The notes under the pieces: model-generated | What the model saw: the letters and a program-made list of their open reading frames with translations, nothing else | What the model was told of the DNA's origin: nothing | Databases searched by the model: none | Shown here: in pieces, positions 1 to 10,758 of the stretch | Numbering within the stretch: the stretch's first letter is position 1 | Layout: each line of letters starts with the position of its first letter | NCBI GenBank assembly: GCA_963845535.1 | Contig: CAWJSK010000019.1 | Coordinates: 352,001-416,000, forward strand | From: an uncultured Spirochaetota bacterium | Lineage (GTDB): Bacteria; Spirochaetota; Spirochaetia; SZUA-6; Fen-1364 | DNA length: 64,000 bases | Reading direction: 5' to 3' | Position numbers and translations under genes: made by a program

Positions 1-47
1 CGATTCAGGAAGAGCTCGTAGAAAAGGTTCGCGGACGCAGCAGGTGA
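1..47 (+). CDS. fusA: 3' end of upstream gene, probably elongation factor G (truncated by window edge)
   Basis: Frame from nt 3 reads IQEELVEKVRGRSR* (TGA 45-47); resembles an EF-G C-terminus and lies directly before tuf. Confidence 0.55.
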   Translation, partial: IQEELVEKVRGRSR

Positions 48-135
48 GCTGACGTCACTGATGTAATACGCGGAGGAGAAGCGCCCCTCTCATGGGTTGG
101 TGAGGGGCCTCGAGGAAACTGCAAGGAGGAGTTGT

Positions 136-1329
136 ATGGCGAAGGAGAAATTTGTTCGGTCGAAGCCCCACATCAACGTCGGGACCATCGGTCACATTGA
201 CCACGGAAAAACGACGCTTACCGCCGCAATAACCATGTACTGCGCGAAGAAGTACGGCGACAAGCTGATGAAGTATGAGGACATCGACAACGCTCCTGAG
301 GAGAAGGCCCGGGGTATTACCATCAACACCCGGCACGTCGAGTACCAGTCCGACAAGCGCCACTACGCGCACATCGACTGCCCCGGACACGCGGACTACA
401 TCAAGAACATGATCACCGGCGCGGCGCAGATGGACGGCGCGGTGCTCGTCGTCTCCGCCCCCGACTCCGTCATGCCCCAGACCCGCGAGCACATCCTCCT
501 GGCCCGCCAGGTCGGTGTGCCTGCCATCGTTGTGTTCCTCAACAAGGTGGACATGGTTGATGACCCTGAGCTGATCGAGCTCGTCGAGGTCGAGATCAGG
601 GACGTCCTGAAGTTCTACAACTTCCCTGGCGACAAGATCCCCATCGTCAAGGGCTCCGCCCTCAAGGCCATGGAGCATCCCGAGGTCGCAGAAAACACCA
701 AGTGCATCGAAGAGCTTCTTACCACGATGGACGAATATTTCCCGCTGCCTCCGCGGCCCGTCGAAAAGCCTTTCCTGATGCCCATCGAGGACGTGTTCTC
801 GATTTCCGGGCGCGGAACGGTCGTGACGGGAAGGGTGGCAACCGGGGTCATTCACGTGGGGGATGAGTGCGAGATCGTTGGAATCAAGGACACGCGGAAG
901 ACCACCGTGACCGGCGTCGAGATGTTCAACAAGCTGCTCGATGAAGGGCAGGCGGGAGACAACATCGGAACGCTTCTGCGCGGCATTGAGAAGGATGACG
1001 TGGAGCGCGGCCAGGTTCTGGCCAAGCCCGGGACCATCACGCCGCACAAGAAGTTCAAATGCACCGTGGTTGCCCTTACCAAGGAAGAAGGCGGGCGTCA
1101 CTCCCCGTTCTTCACGGGGTACCGGCCGCAGTTCTATTTCCGCACCACGGACGTCACCGCATCCGTCACGCTGCCGGAAGGCAAGCAGATGGTGATGCCC
1201 GGTGACCACATCACCGACATGACTGTCGAGCTGATCTATCCCATCGCCATGGACAAAGGTCTGCAGTTCGCCATCCGTGAGGGCGGAAAGACCGTTGGCG
1301 CTGGACAGGTCACCGACATCATCGAGTAG
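136..1329 (+). CDS. tuf: Elongation factor Tu
   Basis: [48 protein letters not shown] before ATG 136. Confidence 0.99.
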   Translation: MAKEKFVRSKPHINVGTIGHIDHGKTTLTAAITMYCAKKYGDKLMKYEDIDNAPEEKARGITINTRHVEYQSDKRHYAHIDCPGHADYIKNMITGAAQMDGAVLVVSAPDSVMPQTREHILLARQVGVPAIVVFLNKVDMVDDPELIELVEVEIRDVLKFYNFPGDKIPIVKGSALKAMEHPEVAENTKCIEELLTTMDEYFPLPPRPVEKPFLMPIEDVFSISGRGTVVTGRVATGVIHVGDECEIVGIKDTRKTTVTGVEMFNKLLDEGQAGDNIGTLLRGIEKDDVERGQVLAKPGTITPHKKFKCTVVALTKEEGGRHSPFFTGYRPQFYFRTTDVTASVTLPEGKQMVMPGDHITDMTVELIYPIAMDKGLQFAIREGGKTVGAGQVTDIIE

Positions 1330-1346
1330 GGGTCAGGAGCAGACAC

Positions 1347-1655
1347 ATGGCCAGGGAAAGGATTCGGGTTCGCCTTCGAGCCTTCGACATCGAGCTCATC
1401 GACCAGAGCGCGAAGTCCATCGTGCAGACCGTGCTGAAGGCGGGCTCGCGCGTTTCAGGACCAATACCGCTTCCGATGAAGATCAACAAGTTCACGGTCC
1501 TGCGCTCGCCGCACGTTCACAAGAAGTCACGCGAGCAGTTTGAAATGCGCACGCACAAGAGGCTCATCGACATACTCGAGCCCACCCCCGCGGTCATGGA
1601 CGCCCTCATGCGGCTGGAGCTTCCGGCCGGCGTGGACGTAGAAATCAAGCAGTGA
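1347..1655 (+). CDS. rpsJ: 30S ribosomal protein S10
   Basis: [35 protein letters not shown]. Confidence 0.99.
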   Translation: MARERIRVRLRAFDIELIDQSAKSIVQTVLKAGSRVSGPIPLPMKINKFTVLRSPHVHKKSREQFEMRTHKRLIDILEPTPAVMDALMRLELPAGVDVEIKQ

Positions 1656-1663
1656 GGAAGGGA

Positions 1664-2281
1664 ATGCTCGGCCTAATTGGAACAAAACTCGGCATGACGC
1701 AGCTCTTCAATGATGACGGGACTCTGGTGCCTCTCAGCATCATTCAGGTCGAGCCGAACGTCGTTGTGCAGCAGCGCACGGCGGAGAAGAACGGGTACAG
1801 CGCCATGGTCCTCGGCTCGGGGGCCATGAAGAAGACTCGCGTCAAAAAGCCTTATGGCGGACAGTTCTCCCAGGGGGTCGACCCCCGGCGGTACCTCCTG
1901 GAGTTCAAGGACTTCGACAAGGAAGCCAAGATCGGGGACACGGTGGGCGTGGAGATCTTCGAGGGAGTGCGCTTCGTCGACGTGCAGAGCGCCACGAAGG
2001 GCAAGGGCTTCCAGGGCGTCGTGAGACGCCACGGATTCCAGGGCGGTCCCGGGGCCCACGGGTCCAAGTTCCACAGGGAGATGGGCTCGGTCGGAACGGG
2101 CGCGTTCCGCAAGATCGTCAAGGGCTCGAAGATGCCGGGTCGCATGGGCAACGCAAAGCTGACCGTTCAGAACCTGCGGCTTTACCGCGTGGACAAGGAA
2201 AAGGGATTGCTCCTCATCAAGGGCGCCGTCCCGGGCCGGCGCGGCGCCATGGTGGTCGTGCGGACGGCCACGAAGAAGTAG
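1664..2281 (+). CDS. rplC: 50S ribosomal protein L3
   Basis: [39 protein letters not shown] 1664 chosen over GTG 1652. Confidence 0.98.
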   Translation: MLGLIGTKLGMTQLFNDDGTLVPLSIIQVEPNVVVQQRTAEKNGYSAMVLGSGAMKKTRVKKPYGGQFSQGVDPRRYLLEFKDFDKEAKIGDTVGVEIFEGVRFVDVQSATKGKGFQGVVRRHGFQGGPGAHGSKFHREMGSVGTGAFRKIVKGSKMPGRMGNAKLTVQNLRLYRVDKEKGLLLIKGAVPGRRGAMVVVRTATKK

Positions 2282-2292
2282 GACGACAAGCG

Positions 2293-3012
2293 ATGAAGAC
2301 ACAGGTCTATGCGTTGGACGGCACGGCCGTGCGGGAAATGGAGCTTGCTGACGCGGTGTGGAACCGCGACGTGAGCGAAGGCGCCATCTATCACGCCATC
2401 CGCAATGAGCTTGCCAACAAGAGGCTCGGCACGGCCAAGATCAAGGACCGCGGCGAGGTGCACGGCAGCAACAAGAAGCCGTGGAAACAGAAAGGCACGG
2501 GCCGCGCGCGCGCAGGGCAGAGGACGTCCCCCGTCTGGGTTGGCGGCGGAAAGATCTTCGGTCCGCGACCGCGGGACTACAGCTATTCCCTTCCGCGCAA
2601 GCTGAAGAGGCTCGCGCTCATGTCCATCCTTTCCCTCAAGGCGAAAGAGGACAGGGTGCGCGTGGTGCAGGACTTCACCGTGGAGACCGGCAAGACGAAA
2701 GACCTCGTCACGGCAATCAAGAAGCTCGTAACCCAGGAACGGACCGTTGTCGTGCTCAAGGATGCCGACGCCATGATCCGCAGAGCCGGACGCAACGTTC
2801 CCTGGATCAGTTTCCTCACCTTCAACAGGCTTGCCGCTCATGACCTTTTCTACTGCCACAAGCTGCTGGTCCTGGAGACTGCCGCGAAGAACTTGAACGA
2901 GTTTTATGGCTCCTCCGGCGCGGACAACGGCCACGCGGCGGATGCGGAGGGCGCCAGGAAGACCACCAAAGCGGCCAAGCCGGCCAAGGCGCGGAAAGGG
3001 GCCACGGCATGA
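2293..3012 (+). CDS. rplD: 50S ribosomal protein L4 with Ala/Lys-rich C-terminal extension
   Basis: [28 protein letters not shown]; operon position. Confidence 0.98.
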   Translation: MKTQVYALDGTAVREMELADAVWNRDVSEGAIYHAIRNELANKRLGTAKIKDRGEVHGSNKKPWKQKGTGRARAGQRTSPVWVGGGKIFGPRPRDYSYSLPRKLKRLALMSILSLKAKEDRVRVVQDFTVETGKTKDLVTAIKKLVTQERTVVVLKDADAMIRRAGRNVPWISFLTFNRLAAHDLFYCHKLLVLETAAKNLNEFYGSSGADNGHAADAEGARKTTKAAKPAKARKGATA

Positions 3013-3293
3013 CCCTCGAACGGATCATCATCGAGCCCGTTGTCACTGAGAAGACGAACATCATGCGGGAGAGCCACAAGTACGTCTTCCACGTGGATGC
3101 CCGGGCCAACAAGCACCAGATCATGGAAGCGGTGCGCAAGCAGTACAACGTGCACCCGCTGAAGTGCAACGTGCTGCGTACGGCCACCAAGCCCAAGCGC
3201 GTGCGCTATCGGCTTGGCTACACCGCATCCTGGAAGAAGGCAATCATCACGATCTCCCCGGATGAGAAGATCGGGATCTTCGAAGGAGCATAG
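3009..3293 (+). CDS. rplW: 50S ribosomal protein L23
   Basis: [24 protein letters not shown]. Confidence 0.97.
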   Translation: MTLERIIIEPVVTEKTNIMRESHKYVFHVDARANKHQIMEAVRKQYNVHPLKCNVLRTATKPKRVRYRLGYTASWKKAIITISPDEKIGIFEGA

Positions 3294-3298
3294 GGCAC

Positions 3299-4123
3299 AT
3301 GGCAATCAAGAAATTCCGGCCGCTGACTCCCGGACTGCGGTTCAAGACGAGCCTCACCTTCGAGGAGATCACGAAGAAGAGCCCTGAGAAGGCGCTTACC
3401 TCGGGCAAGCCGAAGAACGCGGGACGCGGCGCTGGCGGGCGCATCAGCGTTCGCCGCAAGGGCGGCGGGCACAAGCGCAGGTATCGGGTCATCGATTTCC
3501 GACGGGACAAGATCGGCATCCCCGGAAAGGTTTCCGCAATCGAATATGATCCGAATCGCAGCTCTTTTATCGCGTTGATCGTCTACAAGGACGGAGAGAA
3601 GCGCTACATCCTGGCCCCCGAAGGCCTTGCGGTGGGAAAGACCGTGCTGAGCGGTCCTGAGGCGACTTTCGAGATCGGCAACAGCATGCCTCTTTCGAAG
3701 ATCCCTCTCGGGATCCAGATCCACAACATCGAGCTGAACCTCGGCAGGGGAGGCCAGATGGCCCGCTCCGCGGGCACGAGCGCCACCATCGTGGCAAAGG
3801 AAGGCGGATACGTCACGCTGCGCCTTCCCTCCGGCGAGATGCGGCTGGTCAACGAGAAGTGCCTCGCCACCATTGGTGTGCTTGGAAACAAGGATCACAT
3901 GAACGTGTCCCTGGGAAAAGCGGGGCGCAGCAGGTGGCTCGGCAAGAGGCCGAAAGTGCGCGGCACGGCAATGAACCCCGTGGACCACCCGCACGGCGGA
4001 GGCGAGGGGAAGACCAAGGGCGGACGCCATCCCGTAACCCCGTGGGGCCAGCCCACCAAGGGCTACAAGACGCGCAAGAAGCGCAACACGACGAGCCGCT
4101 TCATCGTCAAGAGAAGGAAATAG
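3299..4123 (+). CDS. rplB: 50S ribosomal protein L2
   Basis: [25 protein letters not shown]. Confidence 0.99.
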   Translation: MAIKKFRPLTPGLRFKTSLTFEEITKKSPEKALTSGKPKNAGRGAGGRISVRRKGGGHKRRYRVIDFRRDKIGIPGKVSAIEYDPNRSSFIALIVYKDGEKRYILAPEGLAVGKTVLSGPEATFEIGNSMPLSKIPLGIQIHNIELNLGRGGQMARSAGTSATIVAKEGGYVTLRLPSGEMRLVNEKCLATIGVLGNKDHMNVSLGKAGRSRWLGKRPKVRGTAMNPVDHPHGGGEGKTKGGRHPVTPWGQPTKGYKTRKKRNTTSRFIVKRRK

Positions 4124-4135
4124 GGGGAACCGGGC

Positions 4136-4417
4136 GTGTCACGATCCATCAAGAAAGGACCTTTCATTGCCAAGAGCCTGTACCAGCAGGTGGTCGACAT
4201 GGGGAAGAGCGGTGAGAAGCGCATGGTCAAGACGTTCTCCCGCACCTCGACGATCATCCCCGAGATGGTCGGCTACACGATCAGCGTGTACAACGGCAAG
4301 ACGTGGGTCCCCGTCTACGTCACGGAAAACCTGGTCGGGCACAAGCTCGGCGAGTTCGCGCCTACCCGGGTTTTTCGGGGGCATTCCGGGTCCGACAAGA
4401 AGGTGGTGAAGAAATGA
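4136..4417 (+). CDS. rpsS: 30S ribosomal protein S19
   Basis: [20 protein letters not shown]. Confidence 0.99.
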   Translation: MSRSIKKGPFIAKSLYQQVVDMGKSGEKRMVKTFSRTSTIIPEMVGYTISVYNGKTWVPVYVTENLVGHKLGEFAPTRVFRGHSGSDKKVVKK

Positions 4418-4848
4418 GCGATGAAGGGAAAACCGCCGGCAAGCCCCAGCGGAAACCACGCTCACCGCGCGTGCGCACAAGCGGATATCGGGCCAACGTC
4501 CCCTTTCAGCGGCTTTCAGCCACGAAGATCCGGCGTGTTGCGGACAACGTCCGCAGGAAGCCTTACGTGGAGGCCATGGCGTTGCTCGAGATCCTCCCCC
4601 ACAAAGGGGCGCGCCTGCTGCGCAAGGTCATCCAGTCTGCGGCGGCCAATGCGCTGGCGCAGAACAAGAACCTTGATGAGCAGATGCTGTACGTGAAAGA
4701 AGTGCTGATCGACGTGGGTCCCACCATGAAGAGAATGTGGACCCGCGGCCGCGGCCGGGCGGATAGACTTTTGAAGAGGTCGTGCCACATTTCCGTGGTC
4801 GTTGACGAGATTGGGGCGAAAGAGGTGGTCAATGGGTCAGAAGGTTAA
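4414..4848 (+). CDS. rplV: 50S ribosomal protein L22 with basic N-terminal extension
   Basis: [39 protein letters not shown] 4414 overlaps the rpsS stop (ATGA). Confidence 0.97.
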   Translation: MSDEGKTAGKPQRKPRSPRVRTSGYRANVPFQRLSATKIRRVADNVRRKPYVEAMALLEILPHKGARLLRKVIQSAAANALAQNKNLDEQMLYVKEVLIDVGPTMKRMWTRGRGRADRLLKRSCHISVVVDEIGAKEVVNGSEG

Positions 4849-5566
4849 TCCTATAGGGCTGCGGCTGGGGATCAACAAGACCTGGTCGTCGCGATGGTTC
4901 GTGGATCCCAAGCTCTATGCCGCGACTCTCCATGAGGACCTTCGGCTGCGCAAGACCATCCTCAATTCGGAAGAGACCAAGGGAGCGGACATTGCGGAAG
5001 TGGAGATCATTCGCCATCCGCAAAGAGTCACCGTGATCATCCATACGGGGCGGCCGGGCGTCCTGATCGGGGCCAAGGGCGCGAACATCGAGAAGCTCGG
5101 CGGCAAGCTCCAGAAGAGCATTGGCAAGAAGATCCAGCTGCGCATCAAGGAAATCAAGCGGCCTGAGACGAACGCCAAGCTGGTGGCGGAAAACATCTCC
5201 CGCCAGATCAAGGCCCGCGCGTCCTACCGGCGCGCGTGCAAGATGTCCATCCTGAACGCCATGAAAACGGGCGTGCAGGGAATCAAGGTGAAGATCGCCG
5301 GCCGGCTCTCCGGCGCGGAGATGGCGCGTCGGGAAGAGTTCAAGGAAGGGCGGATCCCCCTGCATACCTTCCGGGCGGACATCGACTACGGCACGGCAAC
5401 TGCCATCACGACGTTCGGCTGCGTTGGCATCAAGGTGTGGATATTCAACGGCGAGGTCTACGGCCAGGCGAAGAAGGACGACGCCGGGCTGCTCGTGCGC
5501 CGCGGCCGCGAAGGTCGGGACGCGCGGGATGACAGGGACCGCGGCCGTGAGAGAGGTCAGGAGTAG
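4832..5566 (+). CDS. rpsC: 30S ribosomal protein S3
   Basis: [37 protein letters not shown]. Confidence 0.99.
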   Translation: MGQKVNPIGLRLGINKTWSSRWFVDPKLYAATLHEDLRLRKTILNSEETKGADIAEVEIIRHPQRVTVIIHTGRPGVLIGAKGANIEKLGGKLQKSIGKKIQLRIKEIKRPETNAKLVAENISRQIKARASYRRACKMSILNAMKTGVQGIKVKIAGRLSGAEMARREEFKEGRIPLHTFRADIDYGTATAITTFGCVGIKVWIFNGEVYGQAKKDDAGLLVRRGREGRDARDDRDRGRERGQE

Positions 5567-5572
5567 CACGTC

Positions 5573-5989
5573 ATGCTGAGCCCGAAAAGAACGAAGTTCA
5601 GGAAGCAGCAGCGCGGAAGGTCGAAGGGTCGCGCCACGCGGTGCACCGAAATCTCTTTCGGCGAGTTTGGTCTTGTGGCCCTCGAGCGGGTCTGGATCAC
5701 CAACCGCCAGATCGAGGCGGCGCGCATTGCCATCACCCGTCACGTGAAGCGCGGCGGCAAGGTGTGGATCAGGATATTCCCGGACATGCCCTACACAAAG
5801 AAGCCCGCGGAAACGCGCATGGGCAAAGGGAAGGGAGCGCCGGAGTACTGGGTCGCGCCCGTGAAGCCGGGGACCGTGATGTTCGAGCTGGGCGGCGTGG
5901 ACCGAAAGATGGCGGAAGAAGCCATGAAGCGCGCCGGAAGCAAGATGCCCATCAAGACGCGGTTCATGAGCAGGGAAAGCGGAGACTAG
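5573..5989 (+). CDS. rplP: 50S ribosomal protein L16
   Basis: [21 protein letters not shown]. Confidence 0.99.
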   Translation: MLSPKRTKFRKQQRGRSKGRATRCTEISFGEFGLVALERVWITNRQIEAARIAITRHVKRGGKVWIRIFPDMPYTKKPAETRMGKGKGAPEYWVAPVKPGTVMFELGGVDRKMAEEAMKRAGSKMPIKTRFMSRESGD

Positions 5990-5991
5990 GA

Positions 5992-6192
5992 ATGAAAGAC
6001 TCGTTCAAGGAACTGACCTACGCCGAGCTCCTGGCCAAGCGGGAAGAGCTTCGCAAGCAGTTTAGCGACCTGTGCGCCAACATGATCATCGGCCACGTGG
6101 ACAACCCGCTCAGCAAGCGCACCGCGCGGCGGAGGCTCGCGCGGGCCAACAGCATCATCCGCGAGTTCGAGATCGGGATCAGGAAGCGCTAG
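5992..6192 (+). CDS. rpmC: 50S ribosomal protein L29
   Basis: 66 aa [23 protein letters not shown]...[14 protein letters not shown], between rplP and rpsQ. Confidence 0.93.
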   Translation: MKDSFKELTYAELLAKREELRKQFSDLCANMIIGHVDNPLSKRTARRRLARANSIIREFEIGIRKR

Positions 6193-6197
6193 GAGAT

Positions 6198-6503
6198 ATG
6201 CCCGTGGCAGAAACAGAAATCCAGAAGCCGGAAGCCCAGCGGCCGGAAGCACGGAAGAGAGTCGAAAAGGTTCTTCAGGGCATTGTGGTGAGCAACAAGA
6301 TGCAGAAGACCATCGTCGTGGAGATCCATCAGCGCAAGCTCCACCGCCTGTACAAGAAGTACCTGACGCGGACGAAGAAGGTCAAGGCGCATGACGAAAA
6401 GAACGAGTGCGGGATCGGGGACACGGTGCGCGTGGTTGAGTCGCGTCCGCTCTCCCGGGAAAAGCGCTGGCGCCTCCTCTCCATCGTGGAGAAGGCGAAG
6501 TAG
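6198..6503 (+). CDS. rpsQ: 30S ribosomal protein S17
   Basis: [41 protein letters not shown] before ATG 6198. Confidence 0.98.
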   Translation: MPVAETEIQKPEAQRPEARKRVEKVLQGIVVSNKMQKTIVVEIHQRKLHRLYKKYLTRTKKVKAHDEKNECGIGDTVRVVESRPLSREKRWRLLSIVEKAK

Positions 6504-6517
6504 GTGAGGAACCGGCC

Positions 6518-6886
6518 ATGATACAGATGAAGACGCTTCTCAACGTCGCGGACAACAGCGGCGCGAAGCAGGTGCAGTGCATCAAAGTTCTCGGCGGCAC
6601 GCGGCGCAAATACGCGCGCATCGGAGACATCATCGTGGTGGCCGTGAAGGACGCGTTGCCCAATGCCGCCATCAAGAAGGGCGGGATCGAAAAGGCAGTG
6701 GTCGTTCGCACGCGCAAGGAGTACCACCGCCCGGACGGCACGTTCATCCGATTCGATGACAACGCCTGTGTCGTCATCGACGCGAACAACAACCCCAAGG
6801 GGAAGCGCATCTTCGGCCCCGTGGCTCGCGAGCTGCGGGACAAGGATTTCATGAAGATCGTGTCCCTCGCGCCTGAGGTCCTGTAG
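6518..6886 (+). CDS. rplN: 50S ribosomal protein L14
   Basis: [26 protein letters not shown]. Confidence 0.99.
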   Translation: MIQMKTLLNVADNSGAKQVQCIKVLGGTRRKYARIGDIIVVAVKDALPNAAIKKGGIEKAVVVRTRKEYHRPDGTFIRFDDNACVVIDANNNPKGKRIFGPVARELRDKDFMKIVSLAPEVL

Positions 6887-6893
6887 GAGGAAG

Positions 6894-7232
6894 ATGAGTC
6901 CAATGGCAAGGCAGGAGAATCAGCCGAAGCTGAAGCTTCGCAAGAATGATACGGTGAAAGTGATTTCCGGCAGGGAGAAGGGCAAGTCCGGCCGGATCAT
7001 CAGCATCGACAGGGAGAAGCTGCGCGCCGTGGTGGAAGGCCTCAACATGGTGAAGAAGGCGGTCAAGCAGAAGAAGCAGAACCAGAAGGCTGGAATCACT
7101 TCGGTGGAAGCCCCCCTCCCCCTCGGGAAGCTCGCCATCGTGTGCAAGAAGTGCGGGCCGACGCGCATCGGCTACGCCATGGACGGCGACACGAAGAAGC
7201 GGATCTGCCGCAAGTGCGGAGGCGATCTGTGA
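6894..7232 (+). CDS. rplX: 50S ribosomal protein L24
   Basis: [26 protein letters not shown]; start could be 6903. Confidence 0.97.
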   Translation: MSPMARQENQPKLKLRKNDTVKVISGREKGKSGRIISIDREKLRAVVEGLNMVKKAVKQKKQNQKAGITSVEAPLPLGKLAIVCKKCGPTRIGYAMDGDTKKRICRKCGGDL

Positions 7233-8011
7233 GCAAGGAAAAGCAGAACCCGGAAGAAGCGGCCGCGGCGGAAGCTCCCAAGGCTGAGGCGCAGAAAGCG
7301 GCGAAGCCGGAAAAAGCTCAGCGGGAGGAGAAGGCCCCCCGGGAAGACAAGGCGGCCCGGGCGGAAAAATCCGGCAAGGGCCAGGGCGGCCAGAAAGGGC
7401 AGAAACAGTCCAAGCAGGCCCCGGACGGGGACGGCGCCAAGGCGAAGCCCGTTGCGGATCCCCCCGGCTATGTGCCGCGTTTGAAGAAGCTCTACGGGGA
7501 GACCGCCGCAAAAGAGCTGAAGGAAGAGTTCGGCTACAAGTCGGTCATGCAGATACCGCGGGTCAAGAAGATCGTCGTGAGCATGGGAATCGGGGAAGCC
7601 ATCGCGAACAAGAAGCTCCTGGACTCCTCCACGGCGGAGCTGACGCAGATCACGGGGCGCAAGGCGGTGCGGACAAAGGCCAAGAAGTCCATTGCCACGT
7701 TCAAGGTCCGCAAGGGAATGGACATCGGCGCCATGGTGACGCTTCGCGGGAACACGATGTTCGAGTTCCTCGACAGGCTCATCAACGTGGCAATGCCGAG
7801 GATCAAGGACTTCCGCGGGGCAAATCCCAACGCCTTCGATGGCCATGGGAACTACTCCCTGGGGGTCACGGAGCAGATCATCTTCCCGGAGATCGACTAT
7901 GACAAGATCGAACGGGTGAGCGGCATGAACATCGCAGTTGTGACGACAGCGAAGACGGATCAGGAGGCTCGTAGCCTGCTTGCCCGCCTTGGCATGCCAT
8001 TCCGCAAATAG
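7229..8011 (+). CDS. rplE: 50S ribosomal protein L5 with ~81-aa low-complexity N-terminal extension
   Basis: [42 protein letters not shown] 7229 overlaps the rplX stop and has a GGAGG SD. Confidence 0.97.
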   Translation: MSKEKQNPEEAAAAEAPKAEAQKAAKPEKAQREEKAPREDKAARAEKSGKGQGGQKGQKQSKQAPDGDGAKAKPVADPPGYVPRLKKLYGETAAKELKEEFGYKSVMQIPRVKKIVVSMGIGEAIANKKLLDSSTAELTQITGRKAVRTKAKKSIATFKVRKGMDIGAMVTLRGNTMFEFLDRLINVAMPRIKDFRGANPNAFDGHGNYSLGVTEQIIFPEIDYDKIERVSGMNIAVVTTAKTDQEARSLLARLGMPFRK

Positions 8012-8051
8012 AGGAAATGGCGCGGCCTACCGCGCCGGCACGGAGAGGACG

Positions 8052-8237
8052 ATGGCGAGAAAAGCGGCAATAGAGAAATCCGAGCGCAAGCAGAAGTACA
8101 TGACGCGCCGGACAAACAGGTGCAAGGTGTGCGGGCGGCAGAGAGGATTCATGAGGAAGTTCAAGTTGTGCAGGATCTGCTTCCGCAACCTGGCCAGCGA
8201 AGGGAAGCTTCCTGGCGTCACGAAATCCAGCTGGTAG
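8052..8237 (+). CDS. rpsN: 30S ribosomal protein S14, type Z (zinc-binding, 61 aa)
   Basis: RCKVCGR...LCRICFR...PGVTKSSW. Confidence 0.98.
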   Translation: MARKAAIEKSERKQKYMTRRTNRCKVCGRQRGFMRKFKLCRICFRNLASEGKLPGVTKSSW

Positions 8238-8249
8238 GGAGTAGAGGCG

Positions 8250-8648
8250 ATGAGTCTGTCAGACCCTGTTGCAGATATGCTGACGAAGATCAGGAACGCG
8301 AGTGCCGCGCGCTTCGAGAGCGTCGACATTCCCACCTCCAAGCTCAAGCTGGAGATCACGAAGATCCTGAAGAACGAAGGCTACGTCAAGACGTTCAAGA
8401 AAGTGAGCCAGGACGGCCGGAATCTCATCAGGATTTTCCTGAAGTACGATGGGAAGAACGAGCCGGTCATTCACGGGCTGAAAAGGATCTCGACCCCCGG
8501 GAGGAGGATGTACGCGGGCTACCGGACGCTCCCGCGCGTTCTCAACGGGTTCGGGACGCTGATCGTCACCACGTCCATCGGCGTCACCACGGGCAAGAAG
8601 GCCCTGGAGAGGAAAGCCGGCGGCGAGGTTTTGTGCACCGTCTGGTAA
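8250..8648 (+). CDS. rpsH: 30S ribosomal protein S8
   Basis: [32 protein letters not shown]. Confidence 0.99.
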   Translation: MSLSDPVADMLTKIRNASAARFESVDIPTSKLKLEITKILKNEGYVKTFKKVSQDGRNLIRIFLKYDGKNEPVIHGLKRISTPGRRMYAGYRTLPRVLNGFGTLIVTTSIGVTTGKKALERKAGGEVLCTVW

Positions 8649-8665
8649 GCAAGGAGAACTGAAGC

Positions 8666-9205
8666 GTGTCGCGAATCGGACGTCTACCGGTCAAGATCCC
8701 CAAAGGGGTGAAGGTCACCGTCAAGGAAGGCCAGGTTCTCCTGGAGAGTCCCAAGGGCAAGGTGCTCCAGGACTACGCCCCCGAGGTGTCCGTGAAGACG
8801 GAGGGCGACCTCCTGGTCGTCAGCCGCTCAGAAGACACCATCAAGGGAAAGAGCCTGCATGGGCTGTACAGGAACCTGCTGAAAAACGCGCTGATCGGGC
8901 TTTCCGACGGCTTCTCCAAGGTCCTCGTGATCAGCGGGGTCGGGTACAAGGCCGAGCTGAAAGGGAAATCCCTCGTGCTGACGCTGGGGTACTCAACTCC
9001 CATCGAGTACCCGCTGCCTCCGGGGATCACCATGGAGGTGGAGGCGAACACGCGGGTCACGGTGAAGGGATCCGACCGGCAGCAGGTGGGCCAGGTGGCC
9101 TCCGAGATACGGTCGTTCCGCCCCGTCGAGCCCTACAAGGGCAAGGGGATCAAGTACGAGAACGAGTATGTCCGCCGCAAGGTCGGGAAATCCGGGATCA
9201 AGTAG
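8666..9205 (+). CDS. rplF: 50S ribosomal protein L6
   Basis: SRIGRLPV, GVGYKA, PYKGKGIKY. Confidence 0.99.
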   Translation: MSRIGRLPVKIPKGVKVTVKEGQVLLESPKGKVLQDYAPEVSVKTEGDLLVVSRSEDTIKGKSLHGLYRNLLKNALIGLSDGFSKVLVISGVGYKAELKGKSLVLTLGYSTPIEYPLPPGITMEVEANTRVTVKGSDRQQVGQVASEIRSFRPVEPYKGKGIKYENEYVRRKVGKSGIK

Positions 9206-9214
9206 GAAGAGGCC

Positions 9215-9574
9215 ATGAAGAAGATCGACGACACGACGCGAAAGCGTCTGAAAAGAAGGGCGAGCATCCGCAAGAAGGTCCACGGGACTCCGGAGAGGCC
9301 GCGGCTCACCGTGTACAAGTCCAACCGCTATACGTACGTACAGGTTGTGGACGACCTGGCGGGAAAGACGCTGGCCGCCGCGTCGAACCTTGAAAAGGAT
9401 CATCGTGACATCGGAAACAAGGTAGCGTCCCTTGAAAAGCTCGGGCAGTTGATCGCGGAGCGGCTCAAGGCGAAAAACATTTCGGCTGTCGTTTTCGACA
9501 GGAACGGATACCGCTATCATGGGAAGGTGAAGGCCATCGCAGACGGCGCCCGCAAGGGCGGCATCGCGGTGTAA
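9215..9574 (+). CDS. rplR: 50S ribosomal protein L18
   Basis: RPRLTVYKSN, VFDRNGYRYHGKVKAIADGAR. Confidence 0.99.
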   Translation: MKKIDDTTRKRLKRRASIRKKVHGTPERPRLTVYKSNRYTYVQVVDDLAGKTLAAASNLEKDHRDIGNKVASLEKLGQLIAERLKAKNISAVVFDRNGYRYHGKVKAIADGARKGGIAV

Positions 9575-9586
9575 GGGGAGAGGCAC

Positions 9587-10095
9587 GTGGCACAGGATCA
9601 GGACAGGGACAGGAACCAGGGCGAGTTCCTTGAGAAGCTGGTGAAGCTCAACCGGGTCGCGAAGGTCGTCAAGGGCGGCCGGCGGTTTTCCTTCTCCGCT
9701 CTTACCGTGGTGGGCGACCGGGCTGGACGGGTGGGGTACGGTTTCGGCAAGGCGAACGACGTCTCGGACGCCATCCGCAAGAGCATCGAAAAGGCCAAGA
9801 GGAGCATGGTGATGGTGCCCATCAAGAAAGCCACGCTCCCGCACCAGGTCATCGGGAAGTTCAAGAGCGCCCAGGTGCTCCTGAAGCCGGCCGCGCCGGG
9901 GACCGTGCCATTGCCGGCGGTCCGGTCCGCGCCGTCATGGAGGCCGCGGGCATCCATGACGTTCTGTCGAAGTCCCTGGGCTCATCGAATGCCATCAACA
10001 CGGTGAAAGCCGTTTTCCAGGGTCTGGGATCGATCATGGACGCGCGTGAAGTTGCCGCAAACCGCGGGCGCGGGCTCAAGGACATGTGGGGGTAG
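9587..10095 (+). CDS. rpsE: 30S ribosomal protein S5, with a 1-nt deletion near 9905 (probable assembly error)
   Basis: [15 protein letters not shown]...PAAPGT; restoring one G continues [36 protein letters not shown]...DMWG* (TAG 10093-10095). Confidence 0.96.
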
Positions 10096-10099
10096 GCGC

Positions 10100-10288
10100 A
10101 TGGCAGCGAATGTTCTGCGGATAACGCTCGTGCGAAGCACCATTGGGTGCCTGCCGGCGCAGATAAAGACCGTCAAGGCCCTGGGGTTGCACCGCACGGG
10201 CTCAGTTGTTGAAAAGGCCGCGACTCCGTCCATTCTTGGGATGGTTCGGGCCGTTTCCCACCTTCTCGAGGTGGAGGAGAAGGGCTAA
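10100..10288 (+). CDS. rpmD: 50S ribosomal protein L30
   Basis: LRITLVRSTIG, TVKALGL, GMVRAVSHLL. Confidence 0.96.
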   Translation: MAANVLRITLVRSTIGCLPAQIKTVKALGLHRTGSVVEKAATPSILGMVRAVSHLLEVEEKG

Positions 10289-10290
10289 AT

Positions 10291-10758
10291 ATGGAAGGAT
10301 TCACTTTCCGGGCTCCCCGGGGGCAGAATAAGAAGGTCAAGAGGCTCGGCAGGGGCGTCGGGTCCGGGCACGGAAAGACCGCCGGTAAGGGGACCAAGGG
10401 GCAGAAAGCCCGCGCGGGCGGTGGAGTGCGCCTTGGCTTCGAGGGCGGCCAGATGCCGTTGTTTCGAAGGATCGCGCGGCGCGGGTTCTCCAATTACCCG
10501 TTCAAGAAGGTGTTCCAGGTGCTCAATGTCTCCGACCTCAACAGATTCGCTGACGGTGACACGGTGACCCCGGAGACCTTGCGCGCCATCGGGCTTGCGC
10601 GCAAACGTGGAGTGCCGGTGAAGATCCTCGGTGCGGGAGAGCTCACTCGGAAGGTCACCGTGCAGGATGCCAGGGTTTCCGCATCCGCCCGTGACAAGAT
10701 CGAGAAGATGGGCGGGAGCGTCGTGGAGAAGGGCGGGGGAGAGGCCCAAGGGAAATAA
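10291..10758 (+). CDS. rplO: 50S ribosomal protein L15
   Basis: RLGRGVGSGHGKTAGKGTKGQKAR, FEGGQMPL. Confidence 0.99.
   Translation: MEGFTFRAPRGQNKKVKRLGRGVGSGHGKTAGKGTKGQKARAGGGVRLGFEGGQMPLFRRIARRGFSNYPFKKVFQVLNVSDLNRFADGDTVTPETLRAIGLARKRGVPVKILGAGELTRKVTVQDARVSASARDKIEKMGGSVVEKGGGEAQGK

Noticed and set aside
55..1209. Long antisense ORFs (also 18921-20306, 30002-32353, 35771-36811, 59575-60999 and others)
   Set aside because: Shadows of well-supported genes caused by high-GC codon bias; no recognisable motifs.
9587..10095. Programmed frameshift or pseudogene for rpsE
   Set aside because: No slippery run at the site, the gene is essential, and similar isolated indels occur elsewhere; sequencing error is simpler.
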